Assembly (NCBI GenBank): GCA_028534125.1
Contig: CM052837.1
Location: 21,080,001 to 21,144,000 of the forward strand
Direction: 5' to 3'
Length of the DNA stretch: 64,000 bases
Source of the DNA: Lama glama
Taxonomy: Eukaryota
A program made the position numbers and the translations under genes. Below are positions 52,632-64,000 of the stretch, piece after piece. The notes under the pieces were generated by a model, which ran no database searches, was not told the DNA's origin, and saw nothing but the letters and a program-made list of their open reading frames with translations. Each line of letters begins with the position of its first letter. Position 1 is the stretch's first letter.

Positions 52632-53570
52632 TAAGTATTTATGGAGTCCTGACTACATGCCAAGCCCTAGCTAGGTACTGGGTAGGGGGGCACACAGGGA
52701 CAAAATACATGTTTCCTTGTCTCCATGGGGTTCATGGTCACCTGGGGAAAGTCCGTGGAGAACACTCATGTAAAGGGATGATTACCAGCTGTGACAAGTA
52801 CTAGGCAGGAAAGCAAAGGGAGAAATGCACAGAAATTCAAGGGAGGGATCTATACCATACCAGCTCTTGGGAGGGCTTTTCTGAGGAAGCAATTCCCGTA
52901 AGGAGACACAAAGGATGAGCAGGAGTTAGTCACTCCTCCTCAGAGTAGAAGAGGGTTCCGAGACCTGGAAACGGTAAGGAGGAAGACCGAGAGGAGGGAG
53001 AGCTTGTGGCGCTTGGGAAACTAAAGCAGGGCGGTGTGGAGTGTGACAGAGGAAGGGGAAGATGGGGCTGGACCTCAAGGGTGTGACATGAAGGCTTTTT
53101 ATGTTGTACTCAATGCGGTGTGGAGCCGTTGAAATCTTCAGGACAGTAATATGATACAATCCATGTTTTTAGGTCATTTTGGCTGCTGAGTGGAGAAGGG
53201 ACCTGAAGTGAGAAAGAAAAGTGAGGAGGTCCTTGAGGAAGCCACAGAACACGTCCATGTGAGGGGGAAGAGTTTACACGGCCACACAATGGGGGCAGAG
53301 GCAGAGAAGTGAAGGATTTGAGATCTGTTTTGGAGATGAAATGGCTTAAATTGCTGAAGGACTCTCTTTTGGGGAAATGAAGAGAGGCATCAAAAAGAGC
53401 CGCTTGGGTTCAGACTTAGCAACTGAATGGGTGCAGGTGCTGCTTAACGAGACAGAAACGATGAAGGAGGAGACCGGGAGGGGGGGGTGAGGGCAAGTTC
53501 TGCCACTTCTCAATGGAGAGGTCAAGTGGGCAGCTGGGGTGCAGGCCAATCTCAGAGGAAAGGTCTGGGG
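52632..53570 (-). mobile_element. L2 (about 0.9 kb)
   Basis: aagtatttatggagtcctgactacatgccaag...gggcttttctgaggaag...gtcattttggctgctgagtggagaa...ttagcaactgaatgg. Confidence 0.75.
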
Positions 53571-55478
53571 TAGCCTACAAGTAAACTGGGTTTTTTTTTT
53601 TTACCTTCCCTGAGAATACGTTTCCTGATCTCTCCTGTTACAATGCTTACTGAAAACAGACAGCCTGCTTCAGTGTCCCAGGCACTGGTCACCACGACGA
53701 CGCACTGATGGGCCAGCCTTCCCAGAGCAGGTGAGGGGGCACGTCTGAGTCAGGAAGACAGAGCGAGATCTGCAGTAAACCCTTACTGGATGCCTACAAT
53801 GTGCTGGTTACATGGAGACTGGTACAGAAATAAAGAACAGGCCCCGCCCTTGCAGGCTGAAGAGGAAACTCAGCTACGGCGGAGAGCAGAGTCCTAGGGT
53901 AGAAATGGCGCTGGTATAGCTGCCGGGCTTTGGACTTGAGTTCTGTCGCTGATGGGGCAAGTGACGTCATACTTCACTGACTCAAAGACACACGTTTTCC
54001 TCCTCTGCCTGGAATGTTTTCCTCCCTGCCTCTCCCCACTTCATGGCCGGCTCTTTAAGACTTGGCTTAAACCTTACCACCTGATGACCTGGTCTAAAGC
54101 AGAAAGTAAGCTCCCTCTTGTGCAACAGCGTTTGGTTGAGTAGGTCCCCAGTACGTGTTTACCATGTGGGTGAACTGCTATCTTCTACCACAGAACCTGC
54201 TGACTCCCTTCACAGCGCTTCCTCCACGTGTATGTGTGTCCTTGTGTGTCACCTCTTTCCTCTCAAGAGACAGGAAGTTCCATGAAGACAGGAATCGTGT
54301 CTGCTTTGTTCCTTCAGTGTACCTCTGCCTGACCTGCGGCAGTCCTCAATAAGCATTTAGTGAATAAGTGAAGAAATGAGTGAGTGTGAACACCATACCT
54401 GATGCTGTTTTATATTTATAATCACCAACCCAGTGAGGAGGTACCATCATCTCCCATTTCACAGATGAAGAAGCTGATGCTCAGAAAGTTGAACTGACTT
54501 ACTCCAGGTGACGTGGCTAGTCAGGGGCAGAGCCAGGATTCGAACTCAGGTATGTAGGTCTGGCTCCAGCGTGGATGCTCTCAGTAGCTACAGTGTGTAC
54601 ACAGATGCTACACAGCTTCGCGAGAGGAAGATACTTCTCTAATGTATCAACCAGATGCCAACAAAAGGCGCCTGAAAAGTGCCTCCAGCATGGAACAACA
54701 GATGAATGCAAAGTATCTCTGGGAAGGCTAAACAAATTGCCTCACACACTGAGGTTTGCGGTCACCAGTGGACTGGGGTTTCCCAGCCCTCCACCCTGCT
54801 CAGGGCAAAGTGTTCTCATCATGTCAGTAATTCATGGAGGCAGCTGTGTGTCTCCTGCCTGCTTGTGGGTAGAGAGGGGTAGGCCGCGCTGGGTTTTCCT
54901 TTGGGTGCAAGATCTTCCTCCGGGTGAATTCTGAAAGTTGTGTCCCCTGTGCCCTCCCCAACCCACCCCACCCCACCGTCCTGCTATTGGAGTCACTACT
55001 GTAAAGTTTAAGTCCTGGCTGATGGGGATGCTGCTTGGGAAACAGCCAGCAAATGAGGATGTGAGATTAAGAAAAGTGTTGGTGTTTGGTCCCGGATGAA
55101 AATGGGAACAGAGACAGAGATAAGGGCTAGTGTCAGGCTTGGAAGAATGACCACTTTAAAGTATTAAAACCTGTGTCCCGCATGAAGTCAGCTCAGAAAA
55201 TGATATCCTTTCCAAAGCATGACTTTTTACCCCCTTGGAGATTCAGTGAATCTCCAAAACTTGTGGTTTTTAATTCCACAAAGGGGACTCGGGTCTCTTT
55301 TGGCATCTGGGCTGATACAGGAAGACGTGAGACTGGCATCCCACAGATAATTCCTCTGATGTCTCCCCTTGGCCACCACGCATGAACCAGATTAGGGCAG
55401 CTACTTGCTCGTCCGTGTAGTCACAGACCAAACCTCAGTCCTGCCGCCCGGTGAGTGCTGGGAAAGGGCTGCACTGAC

Positions 55479-55627
55479 CTTCAAGCGGATTTTCAGATTT
55501 TTATCTGACATCAAGTGGATGCAACGCTCCATCACGTCCATGGCTATTTGGATCTGCACGGGCAGTGGTGGCTCCACGTCGGGACCCGTGTCATCCTCAT
55601 TCACTCTGGGAGGGTCTGACTGCTCCT
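55479..55627 (-). CDS. TTI1: TTI1 coding exon
   Basis: Acceptor ttctttttccag|AG, donor AAG|gtcagt. 149 bp. (E)[49 protein letters not shown]. Confidence 0.95.
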
Positions 55628-57799
55628 CTGGAAAAAGAACGTAACTGGGGCAGTGTTTTATGAGAGATGCCCCATCTCAATTTGATCTCCCAAACTCAGT
55701 TCAGGAACAGGGCTTATGAGGGAAAGTGTCTAGGAACTGAACCTAAGGAAACCATGTAACACTGGGGTCAAGCAATGAGTCAAAATATTCACCAAAGCAT
55801 TACCTGTAACAGCTAAAAACTGGGGGAAAGCCCTCCATGTCTACTCAAGGGGGAATGGTTACAGAAACCACGGTACATCCACACAACGAGTGGCACCTTA
55901 TGAGAGCCCGAAAATCTGTGTTTACCAAGGGCTTTAACGACAAGGGAAAATGCTTATAAAATAACATTGTGTTAAAAAGAGAAAAGCAGGAGAGGAAGCC
56001 GCACGCACAGTGTGAACACTATTATATTCAGCTTTATATAAAAATGGAAGTACAATAAAACATTAACGGAGATGAGGTCATGACACAATAGATGATTTAA
56101 ATTTTTTTCCCTATACTTTTGGTGTTTTCTAAGTTTCCACTAATAAACATTTGAAATAAAAACATAGGAAGGCAGGTTCTAATTTGGAGCCCTGAGGCCG
56201 GGCAGTTCCCTGGCTGGCCTCCGCTCTTTACTTGCCTTTCCTTTTGGTTCATCCTTTGACTAAAGAAGGTACATGTCTGTCTTCTCTACCAGCCTGTAAG
56301 CTCTTTTGAAGGCCAAGATCAAGCCTTACTCATTTTGATGAGAAATAATACCAAGACAGCCTGGTGCACAGGGATGGGGTTTGGTCAGAGGACCAGAGTC
56401 TGGCCTCGACATCCTATTAGTAACTCCTCTCATCCCATGTTATCTCATCTGAAAAAAAAGGATAAAGCATGTATGTCTCTTTTGCTTGTTGAGAGAATTA
56501 AGTGAGATGAATGTCACCAGCTATTATTATCATTCTTTCACTGACTGGAGTGCTGCATTGCATGAGGCAGGGGTTAAGTTTATAAATTAAAACAACAAAA
56601 AGACTTGAGAGTTACATAAAACCCAGGCCAAAATACCTACCCTGAAATTTTTCCTCTATTTGCTTATAGCCTCAGCCTCCCCTCCCCCTCCCCCTCAATA
56701 CCAGCTGTGCTCATTTCCATTGAGTTGAGCACTGCTCCCCTAACTTTTTCCCATTTCAGTTTCCTTTGCTGGAAAAGCAGAATCTTATAGTAGAGGCCAC
56801 ACCTGTCTCTAACAGATGCTGAAAAGATAAATGAAAATGCACTTATAGAATGCTTGGATTTCTTGGAAAAAGGGACCTCAGATAAACAAGGTGCTTTTCT
56901 TGTGGTTGAAGTAAAAAACCCAAGTCAAATCAATATCAATCCAAACATTCCTTATAATGCCAAGTACGTGGTGTGTACTTGATGAACGATAATTATACGA
57001 ATGATAAGGCTATGCTTTTCTTTCCAGAGGAGGATTTGTTGTTTGAAATTTACCCATTGTAGAATCATTATCTGAAGGATGTGGATTTTTGTTAGCAGAA
57101 GAAAGATTTGATTCATACAATCTGCTCCTCGCGAACATTGACTAGAACCAAAAGATCGTAATCGTGAAAGAATGGATTCACTGACAATGCTAGAATTCCA
57201 AGCAAGAATGTCAAATCTGGATTGCGAGGGATCAAGATGCCTCCTCTTCTTCGGGGTTTCCAGGTTTGGGTGAGGGGTGTAGTTTACAAGAAGGATTGGG
57301 TTGGCTCAAGAAACAAAACTGAGATGAAAAAGCCTGATTGGTTTCTGATCAGAAAATTCTGTTCTTGGGGAGAGTAACAACTCAACTCTACATAAATCGT
57401 TATTTGGGCCCTGTGATGCTTCCCTGCTCTTTAGAAGGAATTTGTTGCGGTTAGTTGCATTTAACTACTATTTCCTGTTATCCTGAAGTATTGGCTTCAG
57501 TTCACAAGAGTCTCAGAGTAGAGACTGCCAAAAAAAAAAAAAAAAAAAAAAAAGATCTGCTCAATTCCAACCTAACAAACTAATTTGGGACTAAGTTCGA
57601 TTTAGGATAGTTCTGAGACCACCAAGCTCATTATGACTTGGCGTTTTATATTTGCCGAGGAGATTCTAATAATTTATTAATCCTTCCGTGACCTGAAGCT
57701 CCAGATCGAGCTTGTGAATAAAACAACAGGCCAGAGCTTCAACTAGCCTGAACTCCCTTGTCCTTCATCATATAAATTGGTAAGAAAAACAGTGAAATC

Positions 57800-58470
57800 T
57801 CCTCTTACCAATAAACAAAATAAATGGACAAACCATATAGAGTAGACAATGGGCATAAGAAAAAAACTGTTAGGAAAGACGCATATAGAAAGATGTTCAA
57901 CCTTTCTAGTAATCAAAGAAATGCAAAGTCAAATACCAAGAACCATTTTAATTTAGCGGGAAGTAAAACTGGTAACAGCCAGTGTCGGCAAGGTTGTAGG
58001 GAAACCGGTATTAATCCTGTACTGCTGAAGGGAAGGTGGAAACTGACATAGTCTTCCTGGGAGGCAATTTGGCAAACATAAAATAATGTTCATATCCTTG
58101 ACCCAGAAATCTGGGATTTATAAAGAAATATGCAAAAAGGAGAAGGTCACAAGCACAGAATCATCCACTGCAGACTGTTTATTAGAATGAAAAGCCAGAA
58201 GCAACCTATACTTCCCACAGGGGAATGGATACTTAGCAGCAGCTATTAAAACATTAATTATGAAAATTCCATAGCAACAAGAAGAGCTCCTTATTATGTA
58301 ACTAAATGCAGAAAGGGTCTAATGCATTTCAGCTGTGGCTGCAACCATATTAAAAACAGGTTTGCAACAGAAAAGAATGGAAAAAGACAACACACAAAGT
58401 GAGAAAGTCTGTGTTAGCATGGTGGCGTTATGAGTGACTTTTCTTATTTCCAAACTTTCTATTATGACGT
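57800..58470 (+). mobile_element. Old L1M 3' fragment
   Basis: aagatgttcaacctttctagtaatcaaagaaatgcaaa...ggaggcaatttggcaa...gttcatatccttgacccag. Confidence 0.7.
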
Positions 58471-58538
58471 TTCATCATTTTTATAATAATCTGCTCCAAA
58501 AAGAAGAAACAACCAAAACCAAAATAAATAATAGTTAC

Positions 58539-58748
58539 CTTCTTCACTGTCAAAATCTGAGACATTTCCATCTGCCACATCCTTTTCCTTGAGGTAGTTC
58601 AGCACAAACTGTTCGATGTCTTCAGCTGTTGTGGTATTCTCAAGTCCTTTCTCAAGAGCTGCTGGTCTTCGGCTCAAATGACTTTCCTTCTCCCCTACAC
58701 CCTGCTCTTGTAGTTGCCCGAGATTATCTGCATCTGGGAACCATTGGG
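58539..58748 (-). CDS. TTI1: TTI1 coding exon
   Basis: Acceptor ttttacttatag|CC, donor GAAG|gtaact. 210 bp. (A)[11 protein letters not shown]...[28 protein letters not shown]. Confidence 0.95.
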
Positions 58749-58839
58749 CTATAAGTAAAATGTCTTCATTATAACATTCACCTTGGTCACTGACAACAGG
58801 CATTAGTACTTTATAAGTAGAATAAGCTCTTTGCCATGG

Positions 58840-59312
58840 CCTGAACGGCCCCCACATGATCCAGTCCCTACCTGCCTTTCCAGCATCCTCTTCTAACCAC
58901 TCCCAACTGCCTGTCAACTAACCATCTTCCAGTTCCTCCAATGCACCAGGTTATCCTCCTGCCTTAGAAGGTTTGCACATGCTGCTCTTGCTGTCTGGAA
59001 TGCTCTGGCCCCCAATGTCAAATCTGGCTAATTCTATCTGACTTTTCTTGTCTCAATACAAATATTCCTTGCCAAGTAAAGCCATCCCTTGACCCCCCTA
59101 ATCTAACTTAGTTCTCTTACATGCTGTCTTACACAGGACCATCTTCTTTCCTTTCATTTCAACTCATCACGATTTGTAATTACTGTATTTACTTTCTATG
59201 TACTGTTTAGTGTCTGTACCTCCCACTAGACTCTATGCTCCACTGATCACCACTGGAAAGTCAATATGCCCAGCATCAAGTGGGTGCTCAAAATATATGC
59301 TGAATGAATAAA
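58840..59312 (+). mobile_element. L2 3' end
   Basis: tttgcacatgctgctcttgctgtctggaatgctct...cccactagactctatgctcc...gtgctcaaaatatatgctgaatgaat. Confidence 0.75.
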
Positions 59313-60124
59313 TATGCTACAAGTGACAAAATTCTGAGTGTAGGATACACTCACTACTCATTAGCAGAAGAGGGGCACTGCAGAGCCTTGGGCACAGACA
59401 GTCTCACATAGGTATTTGATATACAATGCTTCAGAAGGCTGGCATTTTCTCTCTGAAGATTTTCCCTTCTTCAGTGATGTTCCAATACGTCTGATATGTC
59501 ACCACAGAATAAGTTTTAAACATTACCGAACCAGGGGTTTTCAAACTTGAGAAGCCCTACGGCTCTGCAGAAATGTCTCGGGTCACAACAGGGAGGGCAC
59601 CGAGAGACAGCCGGCAAAGGGTGGGAACAGGGTTTCCGTGCCGACTTTGACCAGCACTGCTCTATTAGCTCTTTCTGTATACTGGGGGTCCCCTAGGGCT
59701 TCCTTTCAAAAAAGGCTCTTAAAGAATGAAACAACAAGAAAACCTCATGGCCTGAATTTTCGTCTTCCTTCTGCAGACAGCAGGGAAAACAGTGTCTGAT
59801 GACCTCTGGCACCTGCTAATCTATCTATCACAGAGCATCTGCACCTCCCAACAGACGTGGGCTGTGCTGGGGCCGGGAAATGGGGGGCAGCAGAGAGCAA
59901 ATGCTGGACATGAGAGCCTTCAGTCGGCTACCTGGAGGTTTCCACATGAAGGGATCATTTATGCCATTTCCTAAACGCCCCATCCTAGACAGAAATCTGT
60001 CCTAGTGTACTGTAAGGGACTGCATTCCTTAATGCAGGACCCAGAATTTACAATGCTATAAGTAGACACGCTGCAAAGATTATTTTCGAGATTTAAGGCT
60101 AGTGCCAGACACTAAAATGTCTTT

Positions 60125-60610
60125 GCTCACAAATGGCTTTTAAACATATGAAAAGAACCTCACTCTTAACGCAAATTAAATTATAACAGTGTGCAATTTT
60201 TCTCCTACTGGATTAGCAAAGATCAAAAAGCTAGTTAATACACAGTGTGGGTGAGGGTGTGGCAAAATGGGCAGTCTCTTACATTGCTGACAGGAGTTTA
60301 AATTGATACAACCTCTTTCCAGAGTAATTTGAAACTCTCTATCAAAAATTTAAATGTTAACATCCTCTAAGCCAGCAACTGTTTTAGCAATCTACCCTAC
60401 TGCTATACTTAGACATGTTCAAAACGACCTACAAAGATACTCACTGCAGCATATTTTGTGGTGGCAAAAGGTCAGAAACAACTAAAATGTCCCCCAAGAA
60501 AGGACTGCTTAAATCATGGTGCAGCCATACCATAGAACACTATGCAGCCATCAAAACAACATGGCAGCCCTACACGGATGGATGTGGTACCATCTCCAAG
60601 TGCTGAAGTA
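60125..60610 (+). mobile_element. Old L1M 3' fragment
   Basis: aaacatatgaaaaga...gcaaagatcaaaaag...atagaacactatgcagccatcaaaa. Confidence 0.7.
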
Positions 60611-61213
60611 TGTGGCATGGATGCTTCCTCATATTCAAAGCTACCTGATTTTTTTGTTGTTATGAATAATCAGCCAGCCAGTAGTTGGTGCTAAGCAGTA
60701 ATTTAACTGATGGTTCTTGCTTTCACTGTGGTACCTAATGCTTTTTCAGTCAATGATTGTGAAACACCATGTTTATGGTAACTCAATTTCCTAAAACACA
60801 CAGTGGGCTCTCTTAAAACCTTCTAGAAGTTCTCTAAGACTACACGTCCACTCCCATCTTAAGAGTGACCATTAGTTACGCAATTCGATGACAAAAGGAA
60901 ATGCCAGCATACTTTGGTTCATGCAGGACTGATCCACTCCCCACAGCACTGCTCACCATTCAAAACGCAAGTAAACATTCTGGGCTATTTCAAAACTTTT
61001 AGAAAAAGCTATCCCTAATTCTGCTTCTTTTCATAGGGTGCTGTCAAGTCAAGCTTAACCACCCTTATTTTCCTCTCTGCAATTTAAAAAAAAGGTGCTA
61101 CACAGGATTTCCCCTTTGGAGATGACCAAGGACATCGGCAATCCAAGGCAATTCAATTTTCAAGGCCCAAACTGAGGTATCTCCTGAGAGGTTATATTTA
61201 ATAGTCCTTTTCT

Positions 61214-61713
61214 NNNNNNNNNNNNNNNNNNNNNNNNNNNNNNNNNNNNNNNNNNNNNNNNNNNNNNNNNNNNNNNNNNNNNNNNNNNNNNNNNNNNNNN
61301 NNNNNNNNNNNNNNNNNNNNNNNNNNNNNNNNNNNNNNNNNNNNNNNNNNNNNNNNNNNNNNNNNNNNNNNNNNNNNNNNNNNNNNNNNNNNNNNNNNNN
61401 NNNNNNNNNNNNNNNNNNNNNNNNNNNNNNNNNNNNNNNNNNNNNNNNNNNNNNNNNNNNNNNNNNNNNNNNNNNNNNNNNNNNNNNNNNNNNNNNNNNN
61501 NNNNNNNNNNNNNNNNNNNNNNNNNNNNNNNNNNNNNNNNNNNNNNNNNNNNNNNNNNNNNNNNNNNNNNNNNNNNNNNNNNNNNNNNNNNNNNNNNNNN
61601 NNNNNNNNNNNNNNNNNNNNNNNNNNNNNNNNNNNNNNNNNNNNNNNNNNNNNNNNNNNNNNNNNNNNNNNNNNNNNNNNNNNNNNNNNNNNNNNNNNNN
61701 NNNNNNNNNNNNN
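61214..61713. other. Assembly gap (500 N)
   Basis: Run of N. Confidence 1.
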
Positions 61714-61749
61714 ACCTCATACAATTAAAAGGTTAAAAGAAAGTTTCTA

Positions 61750-61915
61750 GACCTGCTCGGTCCAATACGACAGTCACTAGTTACATGTGGCTATTTAAAC
61801 AAAAATAAAAAAGTTCAGTTTCTCAGTTGTACTAGCCACACGTAGCTATTGTTGGACAGAACAGATAAAGACCATTTCCGTCATCACAGAAAGTTCTGTT
61901 GGATAGTACTGTTCT
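61750..61915. mobile_element. MER3-like hAT element with an internal deletion
   Basis: gtccaatacgacagtcactagttacatgtggcta...catttccgtcatcacagaaagttctgttgga, similar to the copy at 27259. Confidence 0.65.
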
Positions 61916-62355
61916 GGATTATCTGTGGACTGAATAATTTGTTAGTCTTGTTCTCCATTAGCATGAATACTGCTGACAATAAGTATCATCAGAAGCAGTG
62001 TGGTGTATTGAAATTCTGTCATAAATCCTGACTTGACTCCTTATTAATTATGTGACCCTGGCTAAGTATGAACTCATTGAGCCTTAGTTCCCCATATCTG
62101 TAAAATAAAAATAATATTTACATTTAGTCTGCAGGGTTTATGTCCCTGGCACAGAAGAGGAGCTCAGTAGATGGCAGAGATTATTAAAAACCATAAAAAA
62201 AAATAAGCAATGGAACCCTACCATAACATCTGGGACCAGACAGACAACTACATTCTCCATAGCATAACCACACACAAAGAAAAAAAATAAGGTTAAGCAA
62301 ACAAGCATACTAGTCCTTCCCCCAAATCAGCATTAAAAAAAGGCTCTCAAAGTAC

Positions 62356-64000
62356 CTAATGCTGCCAGCAGGGCGTGCAGTACACTGACAAAGGAAGTAG
62401 CTCTCTTATCGTAAAACTGGTCCAGGGTGGCCAAGACGTCTTGAACCACATCTGCCACCAATGGAAGCAGGCTAGCATCTGAGTTCTGCAGCATGACTTC
62501 CAAGACCTTTGGCGTATGGGGGTGGAGAGACAGATGACGCAGATTTAAAGAGATCCCATTCACCAAATAGTCTGAGTTTTGATTGATCAGGTGCTGCGGG
62601 GACTCGTAGCCACAAGCGTGGCAAATGTCCATCATGGCGCCGGTGGCCGCCTGACTGATGAGCAGTGTCTGGTCTCCAGCTTTCTCCAGTACTGGATAGA
62701 GGGCTGACATCAAGAGCAAACGGAAGTCTGTTCCTAGTGCACGTGCAAAGTGGCCAACCCCTTCCAACTGGATGCATATTTGCCAGATGTTGCTGTTCAT
62801 GGAGCAGATAGTGGGACTCGGCTGTGAGAAGGCAGGAGAAGAGAGGAGCTGGCGGGTGTGTGTACCAGATGTGAGGGCCTGCAGGCCTGACTGCCTCACC
62901 ATCAGCTCCTCTCCCACTTTTTCAGCTTCAATACAAGTGACCAAATACCAGTTTTCTTGGCTTATGTATTCCTCAAGTATAGATGTCACGATCTCTCGCA
63001 GGTCCTCCAGGCTTGTTTTAATGTGTTTTTCATGAAGATTCTCCACCTCCAGCCCAGCAGCCCCTACAACCAGTTCATTAAGGATCATGGCGGCCTGCTT
63101 CCGGTAAGCCACAGATTCGCGGTACAGTTCCATAAAGTGATCCACAAGCAAATAGAGGTTCCCATAAAAACCAAGGAGCTGACACACCTGCCTCAAGAGC
63201 AGGAAAATCCTCTCGTCGGTGAAGAAGCGGAAATACCTCCTCTGGATGCGACTCCACGGCTGGGAGGCTAGAGTCTCTGCAGAAGCACTCAGATGGTCGG
63301 AGTTCCAATGCCGCTCTTCAACAATTTTGATGTCGGCCACATCTAATTCCAGGATTTGGATAAGCGCTTTGGAAAGGCGCTGGAGATGGGCCACAGAGTT
63401 GAGGACAAAGTTCACTTTGGGGCCCAAGAGTTTCAGGTACCCGAGTAACAAGGAGAGAGTAGAGAATCTGCCTTGGTCGTCTTGGGAGTTCATCAGGCGG
63501 GGAAGGGACGTGGTGAGGGAGTGCAGGTTTTCGGACAAGACGTCAGCAATGGCTCTGCTGCCCACCACTACTCTCTCGTCTGCAAAACGTCTCAGGACTT
63601 CATTGCACTGGGCTTGGACTTCAAGGCTCTCATCATTTACCAGACTCACCAAAGCCTTCAGAAGGGGACCTGCCGATCCGACCAGTGACTGACTGCACTT
63701 CAAAAGGAGGGCCTTGACAAGTTCTATCAGCTCCAGCCTCACCTTCCAGTGTGGGTGAACTGAAACACACTCAATTATCTTTTTAATAAGGACAGTCACC
63801 TTGTCACTGGTATTTTTTACCCAATTGGCTTCCCTGTGAACCATCAGCTCCGCTACTCGGTGCTCCACGGCAGGCTTTGTTTGGACCTCTGAGACTCTTC
63901 CGAGCTGTTCATCAGCCATAACGAAGCTCACTGTCTCATAAAAGATCTTTAGTGATGTCACAACAATGCTGTGCCCCTGTTTAAAGTCTCCTGTGATGAC
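62356..64000 (-). CDS. TTI1: TTI1 (TELO2-interacting protein 1) large first coding exon, 5'-truncated by the window edge
   Basis: Open frame from 64000: [21 protein letters not shown]...[12 protein letters not shown]...[17 protein letters not shown]...VLHALLAAL. Helical HEAT-like sequence matching TTI1. Donor TTAG|gtact at 62356/62355, phase 1. Confidence 0.97.

Noticed and set aside
57120-57562. ATCTGCTC as the TSD of a plus-strand retrocopy ending in the A24 run
   Set aside because: The match is only 8 bp, there is no AATAAA just before the A run, and the unusual composition continues on both sides.
62772-63692. Plus-strand ORFs of 71-157 aa
   Set aside because: These are antisense shadows of the large TTI1 exon.

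Overview
Mammalian genomic DNA, most likely a camelid (alpaca or camel). That assignment is inferred from four tRNA-Ala-derived SINEs of the vic-1 type and a young L1 3' end. The window holds the 3' parts of two convergent genes in the same order as human chr20q11.23. VSTM2L is on the + strand, with its last three coding exons at 1219-1388, 3052-3102 and 11622-11894 and a polyA signal at 12977. TTI1 is on the - strand, with seven coding exons running from the window end down to the stop at 38149 and a polyA signal at 37585-37590. All exons join in frame through GT-AG introns, giving 164 aa of VSTM2L and 873 aa of TTI1. The rest is intron and a ~24.6 kb intergenic space, rich in old repeats (L1M, L2, MIR, L3, MaLR/LTR16, hAT MERs), with several motif-dense non-repetitive blocks and two N gaps. 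I found no convincing new multi-gene system, and nearly all listed ORFs are spurious. The best leads are: an unidentified CpG-rich, exon-like island with a poly(A/T) tract inside a TTI1 intron (~56950-57720); a TTI1 exon whose start regenerates a splice donor (recursive-splicing configuration); a small in-frame change and an extra CK2 site near the TTI1 phosphodegron; a triple-nested retroposon with intact TSDs; and candidate enhancers. Repeat family names come from recalled consensus sequences, not from a search.
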